From Eledone cirrhosa (lineage: Eukaryota): a stretch of DNA of 64,000 bases. How positions within the stretch are numbered: the stretch's first letter is position 1; every line of letters begins with the position of its first letter. The position numbers were made by a program, and so were the translations under genes. Shown in pieces: positions 1-13,880 of this stretch. The stretch spans positions 163,370,001-163,434,000 of the forward strand of contig OZ024741.1 in the NCBI GenBank assembly GCA_964016885.1. Reading direction: 5' to 3'. Below the pieces are notes generated by a model, which searched no databases, had not been told where the DNA came from, and saw only the letters and a list, made by a program, of their open reading frames with translations.

Positions 1-738
1 AGCACCATCAAAAACTTATTCTATTACTTCCTTTTGCTAAGGTATTGCGATGGCTTTGATATACCTGTTATAAATACAGTTTGAGGCATTTCTCATATAA
101 AACAGAAATCCATAATACTATAGATTCTTAGCTAACTTACAAGAGCACGAGAACCGAAATAACTAGAACGATCTTTAAGATTAATGGGAGATTTATAGGT
201 GTTTGAAATAAGTAAATTAGTGAACAAGGCGCTTTTCCCGGGCCATAGAGCAATTGATAACTAGATTTCTCTACGAGGAGGGGAGATAGTAATAAATTAT
301 AAATGCTTAGCTTTTTAGAAAATCTTAAATAAAAAGCAAATTAAGAAACACAAATACACTACGCCATTCCCTTTCTCTTAAATACGCCGAAATTAAATTT
401 TCTCTCGTTTTTTTATTATTTTTTACAGATTAGAAATATTTGATAAGGTAGAATTCTCTCTTAATAGAGTGTGTGTGCAACTAACTAGCTTAACATCTTC
501 AGGTCAATAGGTTTATTAACCCATTTCCTCTTGCGTGTTATCTCGTCTAGCCCCTAGCCGCCACGAGTGTAATAAAATTTGATAATTCAAGACATTTAAC
601 AGGACTAAGCCAGCCATTTGAACAAAGGTACGCAACCCGATCACCGACCACTCCCGGAGAAAAATAAAAAGAACGAAAAAACAAGAGGACTTTTAAGATT
701 TTCTTTTTGCTTAGACTGTCTGTCCATATATGGATTAT

Positions 739-834
739 AGCCCTTGAGGAGTTCAGCTAAATTTACGCCGCTCGAACACTGACGCTTTTTTTCGGATCTA
801 GCTGTCGAAACGGCCGGAGCTCCGCCGTTGGGGT
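739..834 (+). ncRNA. Decayed type I hammerhead ribozyme, family C
   Basis: AGCCC-TTGAGGA (CUGANGA with C3>U)-stem II CAGCTAAATT/GATCTAGCTG-GAAA-CGGC(CGGAGCTCC)GCCG-TT-GGGGT; the 3' half matches copies at 13031-13065 and 33481-33513. Confidence 0.55.
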
Positions 835-927
835 CCTGCAAATCATCAGAATACTACAGGGCATTGGCATTTATAGATACATCGGAGAATCAAGTGAATG
901 AAAACAATAACAACAATAATAAAAGAT

Positions 928-1062
928 AATTGTTTCTACTTTAGGCACAAGGCCAGCAATTACCCAGTGCATTACTGGTACTTTATTTTATCGACCCCGT
1001 AAGGATGAAAGGCAAAGTCAACCTCCGCGGGATTTGAACTCAGATCGTAAAGGGACGTAACT
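928..1062 (-). mobile_element. SINE (multi-copy family, core TTTGCCTTTCATCCTTACGGGGTCGATAAAATAAAGTACCAGT, TTA tail)
   Basis: Near-identical copies at 4910, 5903, 27675, 42075, 43370 and 63415. Confidence 0.8.
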
Positions 1063-1648
1063 ATGCTGAAAAGTATAAAGAAGTAGAAATGAAAATGATA
1101 AGGATGTAAAAAATATGTAAAAAATAAGTACAAAATACGGTTACTGATAATAGTAGTAGTGGCGGTGGTAGTTGAAGTTATAATGGTGAGTAAGAGGATG
1201 TGTAAAATAGTGATGACAGTAATGATAACAATAACATGAGAAGAAATACGATATATGATATGTAATGTATTGAGTTCATGGATTGGCGAAATAAAAATGC
1301 AAGAGGTACAATAAAATATCAGAGGATTAATTAAAAAAATAAAAAGTTAGGGAGAAAGAGATAAGGAACAGGAGATAGAAAATAAGAATAAGGATTCTAG
1401 GATGAGACATAAAGTGTAAGACAAAGGACGGAGAAGCAGTAGATAGACAGATAGAGAATAAAAAGTGAAAGGGCATGTGATGATATATGGGTGATTAAGG
1501 TCTGGTAGACTGATTGTTTTATCTTAATGGAGGTGATGCGGCTATAGAGAGAGAGTGAAAGAAAGGTTGGGAGATTCATGATATTGATTTAATGATCAGT
1601 AGGTCAGTTGACAGCTAATAACAGTGGAGTGGTGTGAAGCTAGTACAT

Positions 1649-1830
1649 TTAAATCCGGGTGGTTTTGACTGAATTCCGAGATTCTTGGATCGAATCATGC
1701 CGGTTGCGGTTTGAAGTTAGAGAATTTGGTGGCTGTTTTGTGCCTGTCTTGTTAAGCAGAATTTCATCGTATTTTAAAATATGGAGCAGCTCCATATTAC
1801 ATAGTCCGCAGTGGGACATTCCATATTGTA
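1649..1830 (-). pseudogene. C-terminal fragment of PLE GIY-YIG domain
   Basis: HCGLCNMELLHILKYDEILLNK matches the CxLCxxExxxI...LLN motif of the PLE ORF at 48645-50561. Confidence 0.6.
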
Positions 1831-2264
1831 CTCCAAGAAGGACCTGCATGGGAATTCTCGTAAACTTGCTACCTAACTAAGGAAACCTCTTGTTGAGTCA
1901 AACAACACCGTACGTTAAAACTATCCATAGTACAGAGTACTCACAACCTCAAACTGGATTACCTAAAACGATAACTTGTTATCCCATATATATATAGTTT
2001 TCTTCTTCTCGTCAATGATTTGCTAGAACTTAAGTTCACATGTATCACTGACTTGTTTTCTCATCTTCCTCTCTTTACGTTGCCTAATCATTTTTGTTTG
2101 TTTACATGTCTCTCTTTCTCCACCCAATTCGTTTTATCCCAATAACTTATTTTAGTTACTGTTCGCGCTGGCTTGAGGTATCTGGTCTTTAATGCGAAGA
2201 AATACCGATGATAGCCAGAAGATCACTGATGACGGATAGTCCTGGTTTCTTGCTCTATTTTTTA

Positions 2265-2328
<64 letters not shown>

Positions 2329-2332
<4 letters not shown>

Positions 2333-3301
2333 ATTTGAATGGATACAGTTTAGTTGAAAGGAATTTATTGACACGTGTTTCTATAACAGTTACATAACCT
2401 GAAAACAGCTGCTATCTACAAAGTATTAGTTATGCAGACATTCAATATTTCAATGTTATTATCTACTGTCATTTCATCGGAATAATTTTACTGAGTACCT
2501 GTTTGGTTTTTATAGAGAATATTAGGAGTGAGGGGTGAAGTTGTTAGAAGAATAGTTGAGGAAGTGGTTTTTTGATAGCAGTGAGAATTTTTGGTGGCAG
2601 TGAGTAATTAGATTCCCATCTGTTGTTTTGACATTTTTATAGAATATATTATTGGTTATTTTTCTAAATCTATAGAAGGATTAGAGTGGGATTACGTGGG
2701 ATCAACGGCAACATCGTTTAAATCTCGATTATATAGGCATTCTTACTCAATAAAACACCAGAGCCAAAGAAATGTAACAACTTTAGCAGAAAAAGCTTGG
2801 ACGCTCAGGGATAGCGATCAAAAGTTTACCATAAATGGGAGAAATTAGCTAAAACCCAAAGCTTTTCCAGGAGCCAAAATTTCTGCAAATTGTGTAATCT
2901 TGAGATTTATTACATAATCACACACAAGTAGAAATTGCTGAATAACAGAATTGAACGAACATTATTCTGCCGTCACCGAACTAAAACCCTTTTTTCCCAC
3001 TACAAGCTGAATATTACATAAAAGAGGGACATCCCCCAACTATATAAACCTCAATCTAGTTAGAAAAATATAAAAACAATCTCTTCTCAACATATATATG
3101 TATATTAATAACCTTAAATTACCACACTAATAATGGAAAGATATGCTGATGAGAATAGGTGCAAATATGCGATAATGAATGTGTCTAAAAGCGACCATAA
3201 GTATGTATATATATGTGAAAATGTATATAAATAAGTAAATATATATATATGTTTGATGTGTATAGTTAGATGTAAGTGTATTCATGTATTAAAGTGCTTA
3301 T

Positions 3302-3385
<84 letters not shown>

Positions 3386-3391
3386 TATATG

Positions 3392-3423
<32 letters not shown>

Positions 3424-4215
3424 TAGACTATAGTATGTATGTATATATATGTGTGTGTCTATACGTGTGTATATAAAGATAAGTCGAGTATGAAAATGTA
3501 TACACATGAACGCGTATGTATGTACATGAATACATGTGTGTATATATATATGTATGCATGTGTATATGTATGTAAGTATGAGCATGTAACTATGTGAATG
3601 TGAGTATATGTATTTTGTAGAGGTGTGCAAATATGTCTGTGTGTGAATGCGTGGGCGAAAGGATACGTACACTTGAAAGAAAAATTTGAGTCTGAATGTT
3701 AATTAAGTGCAAACACAAAACCAACCACGCATATCTTTACTATCTCTAATCCTTCTACAGATTTAGAAAAATAACCAATAATATATTCTATAAAAATGTC
3801 AAAACAACAGATGGGAATCTAATTACTCACTGCCACCAAAAATTCTCACTGCTATCAAAAAACCACTCCCTCAACTATTCTTCTAACAACTTCACCCCTC
3901 ACTCCTAATATTCTCTATAAAAACCAAACAGGTCCTCAGTAAAATTATTCCGATGAAATGACAGTAGATAATAACATTGAAATATTGAATGTCTGCATAA
4001 CTAATACTTTGTAGATAGCAGCTGTTTTCAGGTTATGTAACTGTTATAGAAACACGTGTCAATAAATTCCTTTCAACTAAACTGTATCCATTCAAATCTT
4101 TCTATTTTTCTCCGGATTACTTTTGGAACTACAACTGGAACCGTCGAACAAACTCTACGTGAGCTGTCAATCTACTGAGTGTAATATTTATATTACAACA
4201 CAACGGAAAATACTG
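2329..4215 (+). mobile_element. 5'-truncated Penelope-like element with inverted 5' pseudo-LTR, in (TA)n
   Basis: 2329-2686 is the reverse complement of 3744-4101; GIY-YIG remnant lies between; (TA)n on both sides; HHR-like CCGATGA-AATG..CATT-GAAA at 3946-3991. Confidence 0.85.
2690..3010 (+). pseudogene. PLE GIY-YIG endonuclease remnant
   Basis: Manual translation DYVGSTATSFKSRLYRH...TTLAEKAWTLRD / WEKL...FCKLCNLEIYYII*..LLNNR...FCRHR with one frameshift and one stop. Confidence 0.85.
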
Positions 4216-4247
<32 letters not shown>

Positions 4248-4909
4248 AGGGTGCGGCAGTGACTGTATCTTTAATTCATGGTCTTACAAGCTGAATATTT
4301 CTGAGATCCACACTAAGAGCACACGTGTACAGAATACTCGGCCATTTACACATGATTTAAATGATTTAATGAGCTGGCTGTTCCCTAGATCTAGAATCTG
4401 GAGCTCCGATCGTCGAAACCGTAGGAGATTCGTTTACATCGAAACATGCCATCTTCCTATATGTATCTATATTGTTTTTCTTTTATAACTATGAAAAGAT
4501 TATCTTATTCGTGCAGATTAAAATCATTGTTGAAACTTTTATGAAACTTTCATGCAAAATTCATAGGGTAATACACGAGCATAAACGAAGCTGAGTGGCA
4601 AAGACGTTAGAACATCGGATTAATGTGATTTAATGTATTTGTCCCGAATCTTAACACTCAGGTCGCAAATTCCACTAAGGTCGCAAATTCCACTAAGGTC
4701 GCAAATTCCACTAAGCTCAACTTTGCGTTTCATCCTTTCGGGATCGGTAAATAAAGACCGGGTCCTAGAGGGAGGTGAAAATATTAGAGTGTCAAATGAG
4801 ATAAATCGCGGAATATGTTCTTGTTTTCTACTGAGTACAAATACCACATCCTGTCACTTAAAAAGTATTGATGCTTCTATCAGGGGTTACGACAGACGAA
4901 TAGTATCAA

Positions 4910-5050
4910 TAATTGTTTCTACTTTAGGCACAAGGCCAGCAATTACTCAGTAAATTACTGGTACTTTATTTTATCGACCCCGTAAGGATGAAAGGCAAAG
5001 TTAACCTCGGCGGGATTTAAACTCAGACTGTAAAGGGACGTAACAATGCT
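4910..5050 (-). mobile_element. SINE copy
   Basis: Matches 928-1062. Confidence 0.8.
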
Positions 5051-5469
5051 AATGCAAATACCAATAAAAACCTAGATTTCTTTAACCGATATAACAAATC
5101 GCCTTCTTTTGTGTTACTTTCTTCAATTAATCTGTAATTAAAGGACGCAATTTAACATAATGACAGCATCGCAGTTCTTCTTTGTAGTATGTAGAAAGTA
5201 GTTTAGTTGAGTTTAGATATTACGTGCAATTTCTTTTTCAAAATATATTTTGAAAAGTTTCAGAATACGCAAGAGAACATACATTATTGAAGTCTATATA
5301 AAATTGATACATACTGCTGATCTTCCTATGTACGAGATGGGAACGCAGCACGTAGTTCATGTATATAGGCAAATTGGCTGGACGTGCATACTTGTTTTAA
5401 CATGATCGATTGAGTCACTTATGAGTTATTGATGTTTATGTACTGATGTGTTTATAACCTCTGTATGTT

Positions 5470-6615
5470 TGCGATGCAGGAAAATATCTAGGGTACGCGA
5501 TTAAAATGTTGTGTGAAACTCAAGACATTTGACACCGAAACATTTAAATCTTTAACACAATCTTATGGAGAAGTAAGGGCTTTAAGTGGCACAAAACTTC
5601 CAAAGATGATAGAGAAAATTTTGAAAACGAACTTCGATCTTGAAGACCATTCTTGTCAAAAAGTGGGAAAAATGTTCCGAGGGGTGATGGCGAAAGATCG
5701 CCGATTAAGGGTTAAGATGATTGAAGAAGAAACGGGCTTGGACGAAAATGTAGTTCACAGAATTTTACCAAATCATTTGCACTTGTGTAACATTTGTGTA
5801 AACCTAATGCCCAAACACTCATTTGTTGGGCTAGAAACAAACCGGTTCCAAATTTGTCAGTATTTGCTAGAAACTCGAGATTAAGCCAAATTTCTTGGAT
5901 ATAATTATTTCTACTTTTGGCACAAGGCCAGCAATTATCCCAGTGCATTACTGGTGCTTAATTTTATCGACACCGTGAGGAAAAAAAATAAAATGAACCT
6001 CGGCGGGATTTGAACACAAAACGTAAAGGGCCACAACTCTATGCTGAAAGGTATGGTGTCTGACTCTATACCGATATTGCCAGTTCAGATGAATCATGAA
6101 GGAGTGGCACACGAACAATTCTCCTCGTTCGAAGAAAGCACGAATGAGCAGATCCAGGGTGAAAAACGATGATTATCCTTTTTGTTCAACAGTCGTGGTA
6201 TGGTTCAGTCAGTTAATCACATTTTCTACAAAGATGTTTTGGAATGGCCCCGAAAAACGGATCCAGCAAGTCCGAAAGGACATTGCGTGTTATTGAGTGC
6301 TGCACCACGATAGCGCACCGAAAATTTCTGGCAATGATAAACATCCTTCTCGTTCATATATGCCCTGCAGGCCAGTTGAAATCGAAGTTGACGGGTCATC
6401 ATTTTGGAACTATGGAAAACATACAGAAATTGTAACCGACGAGCTAAGGACCCGCACAGGAAATGTCTTTCGGAACTGCTACAATCGACAGAAAAAACGT
6501 TGGAACCACTGTGCGACTTCCCAGAGCTCGTGTTTTGCAGGAGATAACTTCATGTACGTCTAATATACATTTGAATAAAACATCAGTATCTTTACTTTTG
6601 GGACAATCCTCGTGT
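5470..6615 (+). pseudogene. Decayed mariner (Tc1/mariner) transposase, interrupted by a SINE
   Basis: Fragments CVKLKTF..ETFKSLTQSYGE, DRRLRVKMIEEETG, EWHTNNSPRSKKARMSRS, LHHDSAP (HDNA-like), LKSKLTGHHFGT, RWNHCATSQSSCFAGD; TIR-like ACTTTTGGGACAATCCTCGT at about 6594-6613. Confidence 0.85.
5903..6050 (-). mobile_element. SINE nested in mariner
   Basis: Matches 928-1062 and splits the transposase fragments. Confidence 0.8.
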
Positions 6616-7197
6616 ATTTGCACACCTACTAAAATTATATATATAAAATAGTGTATGCAGTATTTTGATATTAACCTTATAGAAGTACTTATTGTAAATG
6701 ATATTTTGTAAAGCACGCATTGGATTTAATCTTACTTAGTAAATATTCATATGACAAAAAAACAAAATGATCTGGTGAACCAAAATAAGACAGCGAGATT
6801 TAAGCAGTAAAATTTTACCTTATGAGCTAACTTAAGCAGCAATACAAGATTAATGAGAAAAAAGAATAATATAATAAATGATTATTGTTAAAGCAGCAAT
6901 ATAGCATAGATATATAATTTTAATGCAGTGCAAAGACTGTATTCACGTAATACACTACACATAATTCTAGCATATTAGAGTGGCAATGTTTTAGTGGAAG
7001 GATTAGTGAAAACAAACTTTTACTTTTAATCGGTTTAAATTTGTTCATATCTATCAGATGGTGCTTATGTTTTTGTTTACAAATTTAACTGAAAATATGA
7101 AATACTTTTCTTTCTAAGAAGAGCTTACTCTTTCGAGTTTTAGTCACTCACATTCTACGCACTCTGCACAGAAGGAATATATACCACCCCTATATAT

Positions 7198-7292
<95 letters not shown>

Positions 7293-7840
7293 TAGCCTTC
7301 GAACTTGCATTCTTCTAAGTAAATGCCCTATTTCGATGCACTCAAACATGCATGATATCTCTCTCACCCTTTTGCTCTTTCTCCACCCTCCTCTCTTTAT
7401 ATATCTATGTGTGTGTAATGTGTGTGTGCGTGTATGTGCAGGTAATGTTTGTATACACCCATCCACTTACATTCATATATATATATATATGCATACATAT
7501 ATCCCTCTATACGAAGATCATATATATATATACGTACAAAACCGTCGCCTTTCCTTCTTTTGTCAGTTAATCTGTAAGATAAAAGAAGGAAAATTCAAAA
7601 TAATGATAGATTTACAGTTCTCCTTTCTAATGTCATGTAGAAAATAGTTTTCCTGAGATGAAACATAATGTGCAACTTCTTACCTGTTCAAAATAACAAA
7701 TAATTTGAAAATATATCTGATTACGCAAGTGTAAGTACATTTGAAAGACGACATAGTATTGATAGAGATATTTTCAAACACACACACACGCGCACACCAC
7801 ACACAAACACACACACACACACACACGCGCACACCACACA

Positions 7841-7972
<132 letters not shown>

Positions 7973-8466
7973 CATACACACATACGTATATGTTATATAG
8001 AAACAGGTTATATCTATTCGTGCGGTCGTTCAGGAGTTACAGATTATTAAACGTGATAGGATGGCTGATACCGTCACCATTTTCTTTATATTTCATTGGC
8101 CATCTGTCGTCAGATAATAGCACTGTAGGGTTGTAGCCCGCTGTAATATGGGTGGGATCTCTAAAGAAGTTATCAAGCTATTTGCCTCTGTTACGGGAAA
8201 AGAAATGTAATGAAATGTCGATATCGCTAGGTAGGAATAGTGAAATAATTAATGCAGCATGAGGGGTTATGTGAAAGAAAACAAATTTGGCAAGAGGCTT
8301 ACCTGTTTTGGTGTGACAGATATTCGTATAATATTCAATGCAAAGGATGGTCTCTGATTCTATGATAATTTCTCTGGACTATAAAGAATGACTACAAGAT
8401 GTGACGTTACCGTGCATAAATTCAATGGCTTTTAAGTTTGAAATTTAGTCGAATTCTATATTGTAG

Positions 8467-8756
8467 TCTAAGTCTAAAGTCTCTCTCAAGCCCAGAGGCT
8501 CATCAGGCTGATGCTTATCCCGGTTTCCATGGCGTTAAGCGACTGAGAGTACAATAATCCCCTTGGACAGGACGCCAGACTATCGCATGGTTAAACTCCC
8601 AGCTATTGCTGGTACTCATTTTCAGTTGAGTATACTGGAACAACATAATATGAAGTGCTTTGCTCAATAACACAATACAACCCAGTCCAGGAATTGAACC
8701 CACAAATTGATGGTCATATGTCCAAAACCCTTACCACGAGGCCACGTGCTTCCATG
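8467..8756 (-). mobile_element. tRNA-derived SINE with 12-bp target site duplication
   Basis: Minus-strand A/B-box-like head (GTGGCCTCGTGGTAAGG...GGTTCAATTCC); TCTATATTGTAG at both 8455-8466 and 8757-8768. Confidence 0.8.
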
Positions 8757-9730
8757 TCTATATTGTAGATATACTGAAAATAAACTTTTTCTAGCACACG
8801 ACTACACAGAGAAAACCTACTGAGAGTTGTCTGCAGTATGAACGGCTGTAACAATGAAACACTTAGAAAAAAACATTGCTAGCTTTTAGATATCAACTAG
8901 TATCGACTACAACTACTACTACCTTTATGTAGGCTAAACCAAGATGCATGTATAACTGCATTTGTCCCACTTCAGTCGTGAATTTTGTAAGATAAACCAA
9001 TAGAATAATACAGAATCCTACGACATGGAGATACTCAATCGCACTACATCTCACTAGAATAGCGTGTTCGAGAAAAGAAAAAGAAAACAAGATTCCAATG
9101 GAAAAAAATAGAATATGTGGAACAAATAGTATCACTTGAAATATACAGCTTGTCTGGTTTATCTTCCCAGTTTGAAATAACAATAGTTTTCCAAATAATA
9201 TCGAAACAAATTCTCTAGCAGTCATGCATACCATAACATCTGTAATGAGAATAATATAAATATTAGCTGCTGCTACTTGCATAACATTGCAACATAAATA
9301 TAGCATTATAAACGAATAGACCTTGGAATACAGGAAACTAATCACCAGAAGACAACACCACCAATATCAGCTTAATGACAGCTTAATAGAAGCGTCTTTC
9401 AAATGATGAAGTTTAAAAGAAAAATAGCTGTTAACAACGAAAAAGAAGTAATATAGACTTACTCTCTCTCTCTCTCTCTCTCTTTCTCTGTTTGTTTCTT
9501 TCTCTCTATATATATGTATTTTATAGAAATGACTTCTACAGGACTAAAACTGTTTCCTTGGAATGTGTATTGGGAGGGGTGATTAAAGAGGGAAATTGAG
9601 TTGATGGTTGGGATGGATGGATAGATAGGGTGAAGGATGTGGTGTAGTAACCGATGTAGTGAAGGTGTAAAAGATGGAGGGGGAATAGAAGAAGAAGAAG
9701 AAGAGATTAATATATGTTTAACTATGGTCA

Positions 9731-9763
<33 letters not shown>

Positions 9764-12700
9764 TGGCTACCAACTCGTTTTCGAGTACGGCCACTATTTT
9801 ATATCCATGTAGGAGAACCCCTACCGATGCGCTGAACGAGTGCGACTCTTTAGTCCAGCCAGCGACTTGAAAACTCTGGTACAAACACTACACTTGTGAC
9901 AATTATTGATAAATAATATTTTGGTCAATATATATATATATATATGTACACATGTACAATCATACATACATCTATGTATATAGTCGTCCTGCATTCTGCA
10001 AAGCATTCTAATTGCTGAGACATTTACAATCATATAGCGTAGAGCCAGTTAAAATTCAGCATATACTTTCTTGCACGAATGCAACCTGATGTAGAGAGTC
10101 CGTCATTAGCTATTGCCTGGGGGTTATTGTGTTCACCTTTCTTTTGAAGACGTCAGTCAGAATCTGGAAATCTCTTAAGCTCTTCTACTTAGACTTTATC
10201 TAAATAAATTCGAGATATGACGTGTCCCGAAACGTCAACGTGAATTGTGGATGGGAACCACATAGAGCCCTATGTCGATTAGGGTCCTCAAATAATGATA
10301 GTATTGTATCCATTTTCAAAAGATCGAAAAGTTTTTATCTAGTTATGAGATTTACTTACACTAGTTGTCAGATTCAGCCTTCTCAGCAATCGAGTGGTGG
10401 GTAAAACTTACCTAGATTTTGTTGACAAATGATTGATGTGATGCCTACAAAAGACGGGATTTTCACGCACACCAGGTCAACGATATAACTGCAGACGTGA
10501 ATGTATCATTTGCATATGTATCGTTTACGTGGCTGAGCGAGAGAGGGGGGTGTATCCTATTACTAGACTGTTACCTTGTATCAATGCACGAGAGAATAAC
10601 GATTACATGTGATATGTTACTTGTACTCTGACAATATGTGATATTTCAAAATATTTATTTGTAGTTCTGTTGGAAATTATTGCTGATACAAAAATAGGGT
10701 CGTTTAAATTTCTTGGAATCATAAAGAAAATATCGAATTTTATCAGAATTATAAAGAAATATTATCAGATATATTTGTTTTTATGCCCATCCTTATATTG
10801 AAAAGAGATGAGATATATATGAATGACACAAGGCTTAGTTTACAATTAAAAATATATTTGTGTCCGAATAATTCCTATTCGTTTCATGTGACTCTGTCTA
10901 ATCTTCAAGTCACGAATAATGTTTTATTTAACATCTGTCTCTGTATGTTCGATCTCCCTCAATTCTGACGATGAATATTTAAATGTTCAAATTGTTCGAA
11001 TAACGGAACAGCCTGTTCCTGAAATTAAAGTGCAAATAGCTCAGTATTCTAGACATGTGCAGCTTTGAAGTAATTACCAGGGTAACTCAGTTTTGTAAGT
11101 GTGTGGCAACGCTGGCTATTTCAATTAGATAAAACCCATTTTTCTCAGCTAAGAAGAGTGGAGAAATGTTACTAAAGTGTCTTTCTCAGGGGTGCAACAT
11201 GACGCCTTTAATCAAATTCACTACCGTTAGAGCACCAGTTGAATACCCCAATAAGCCAAGTACTTTTACATTAACATCTGTACTGTAATACACACTCTGA
11301 TAATACCTTATGTTAGATAAAGTAAGTTCGTGGAGTTTAAGATTTTACGAAACAGTTTTAATGTACATGTAATAGTGGCGATAAAATACGTATTTGGTTT
11401 TACTTGTATTTAGGGATATTTCAAAGGATTCATACTACTAAATTGGTAATTGTATTACAAAAAGTATAACCATCAGCTTTTCTGAAGGTTTTACTAGGAA
11501 AATATATTTTAACATAATGTTTCATTTATTTCGTGGGGGGGGGGGGGGGGCTTTGTTTTTAACTGACACTAACTTGGTTTAGGATATAATATCCGATATT
11601 TAGTTTCATTCTTCGAGCTTCGAGTACAATGTAATTGTGTCTTGTCTTACCTATATAGTTTATCTTCATATACTTTCCTTAAGTTTAGATTCATTATATG
11701 AAAATTCTGTCTCAGTACGTCATACATAAAACAGTCGTGTTTCATTTATAGACATTTAAGTCTGTATATAATTTCATTTAAATACCACTACCAAGGTCAC
11801 CATGCTGATACTGGCTATTATTTTCTTAGAGTTATTAAATCAGTAAGTATACACTTATCTGCATATTCTTGACATGGGTATAAAATTGCAATAAAAGGAG
11901 TCAAAGGTTGTAAATAAAGCAGGAAAAAGTAAAGTGCCAAGTATAATGGATACTCAATTACACATTATTGTTTCGATAAGTGTTCTTCCAACGACATCAG
12001 TAAAATATAAAACAAAAAATATATTCAACGTATTCTGTAATGATCCACAAAAGAAAAAAACCAATAGGCCAGGCCGAGTGAAACAAATCAAGCTATGTTA
12101 TATAAAGAAAGCTAATTTGTGACTAATTTATTATTTCTTTGTGATATGTACAAATACTTGGAAATACGTGCATTATATGATTTAAAAAATATATCGATTA
12201 TATATGTGATACAACAAACGATATGTTCAATCATTTCTAATTATTTCAGCCACGAGTTACAGATATTCTACAATGCCGTATAAAAGCTAGAGAATTGTGA
12301 AAAGATATGTTAACTACATATCTAACCAATGTTCTGTTAAAATATGTAAAAAAAATATTAATTGGTGACACAAAAGGAAAATACAGGATTTTCAGTTTGT
12401 TCGTCGTAGTTAAACAATGTGTAAGACGTCAGGAAATAATTATTAGATTGTCAGCCATTTTTAATAGTATTTTTATGTATGTTCCTTTGGTTAAAACCTA
12501 TATGTCACTATAAAGATCTAAACTTTCAAGCAGTAATTTCTCAAATTCTAGACAATTTCAAGGAATAACTATATGAGAGAGTTAACAGGAAATACGCAGA
12601 AGAAGCTTTTATAGATCTTATTTAATATAACTGAATCGGGTGTAATAATTTGTACTTTATTAATGCTTATAGTAGTAAGTAATTTCAATACAGATTACAT

Positions 12701-13019
12701 TGAGCACTAAGCAGTCGGAGTGCACGAATAATTTATACATGTACATATACTCTAAAGAGTTAATCATAGAAGGTTTCTCATGTGTTTATAAAAAAGGGTT
12801 TCCAGTTCTGTCACGAAAAGCAGCTAGAAATAGTGCATCTTGCTCAAAACAACAACGCACCACAATGTTTCGAAACTGAAGTCACGATCTTCCAATTAGG
12901 ATCCAGTATCTTAATCACACGGAAACAAAACTTTACCATGTCAAAGAACGGTTGACTTACCTATCGTTCGCTTGACCATAATAACATTTTAGTAATTGTG
13001 AGGTGTGTGAGTAAAAATA

Positions 13020-13157
13020 TATACCCAATAGCCGTCGAAACGGCTTGAGCTCTGCCGTCGGGGTCACACATTTTCCTATTGCCCACTCTACTACCCTAAG
13101 TATTGAGTACTCTGGTGCGTTATCGTCCATCTGGTTCCTTACCACAACTCCTTCGTT
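13020..13157 (+). mobile_element. Family C element 3' fragment (HHR 3' half plus tail) ending in (TA)n
   Basis: TAGCCGTC-GAAA-CGGC(TTGAGCTCT)GCCG-TC-GGGGTC; tail homologous to 33339-33420 (rc) and 32310-32380. Confidence 0.7.
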
Positions 13158-13431
13158 ATATATATATATAAATGGAAAAAATGAAACGAAATTTCATTTC
13201 TCACTCTTAATGCGGCTGTTACTTAAATATAAGTATGTATACGTACATACATATATGTATACAGACGTACAGTAGTATGTATATATATACATACATGCAC
13301 ACATATATATATGTACGTATGGATTTACCAAGCATTTATAATGCTCGGTTTGTTTGTAAACAAACATCCCGAATTAAGCCGTACAGTGTTTAGCAACCAT
13401 CGTTGCCCTTTTCTTCAACACTGACAAAGTA

Positions 13432-13474
13432 ACGATGTATTAGTTTCAAGCTTATTAGCTATCGTCAGCACCGT
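13432..13474 (-). ncRNA. Minimal type I hammerhead ribozyme (family B)
   Basis: rc: ACGGTG-CTGACGA-TAGCT AATA AGCTT-GAAA-CTAA-TA-CATCGT. Confidence 0.75.
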
Positions 13475-13837
13475 ATACCTTCCTGCCAGATGATTGAACG
13501 TCTGAAAGTATATACTTTCCTTATGCATATTAACGGATGAGCAGCCTAATTTGCATACCGAGTGAGATAATCGGGCGGGCGCACCGATAACGATAAATGG
13601 AAAAACATGAAACGAAATTTCATTTCTCACTCTTAGTACGGCTGTTACTTAAATATAAGTATGTATACGTACATACATATATATGTATACAGACGTACAG
13701 TTGTAAGTATTCCATTTATCGTTTTCTGTGCGCCCGGCCGATTAATTCACTCGATATACAAATTAGGCTGCTCAGCCGTTAATATGCATAAGGAAAGTAT
13801 ATACTTTCAGACGTTCAATCATCTGGCAGGAAGGTAT

Positions 13838-13880
13838 ACGGTGCTGACGATAGCTAATAAGCTTGAAACAAGTACATCGT
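13838..13880 (+). ncRNA. Minimal type I hammerhead ribozyme (family B)
   Basis: ACGGTG-CTGACGA-TAGCT AATA AGCTT-GAAA-CAAG-TA-CATCGT; stem I ACGGTG/CATCGT. Confidence 0.8.

Noticed and set aside
775-857. Second HHR-like motif on the minus strand (CTGATGA...GAAA...GTC) overlapping the family C ribozyme
   Set aside because: Stem II has no closing pairs and stem III is only one pair; the motif is absent from other family C copies and is probably chance
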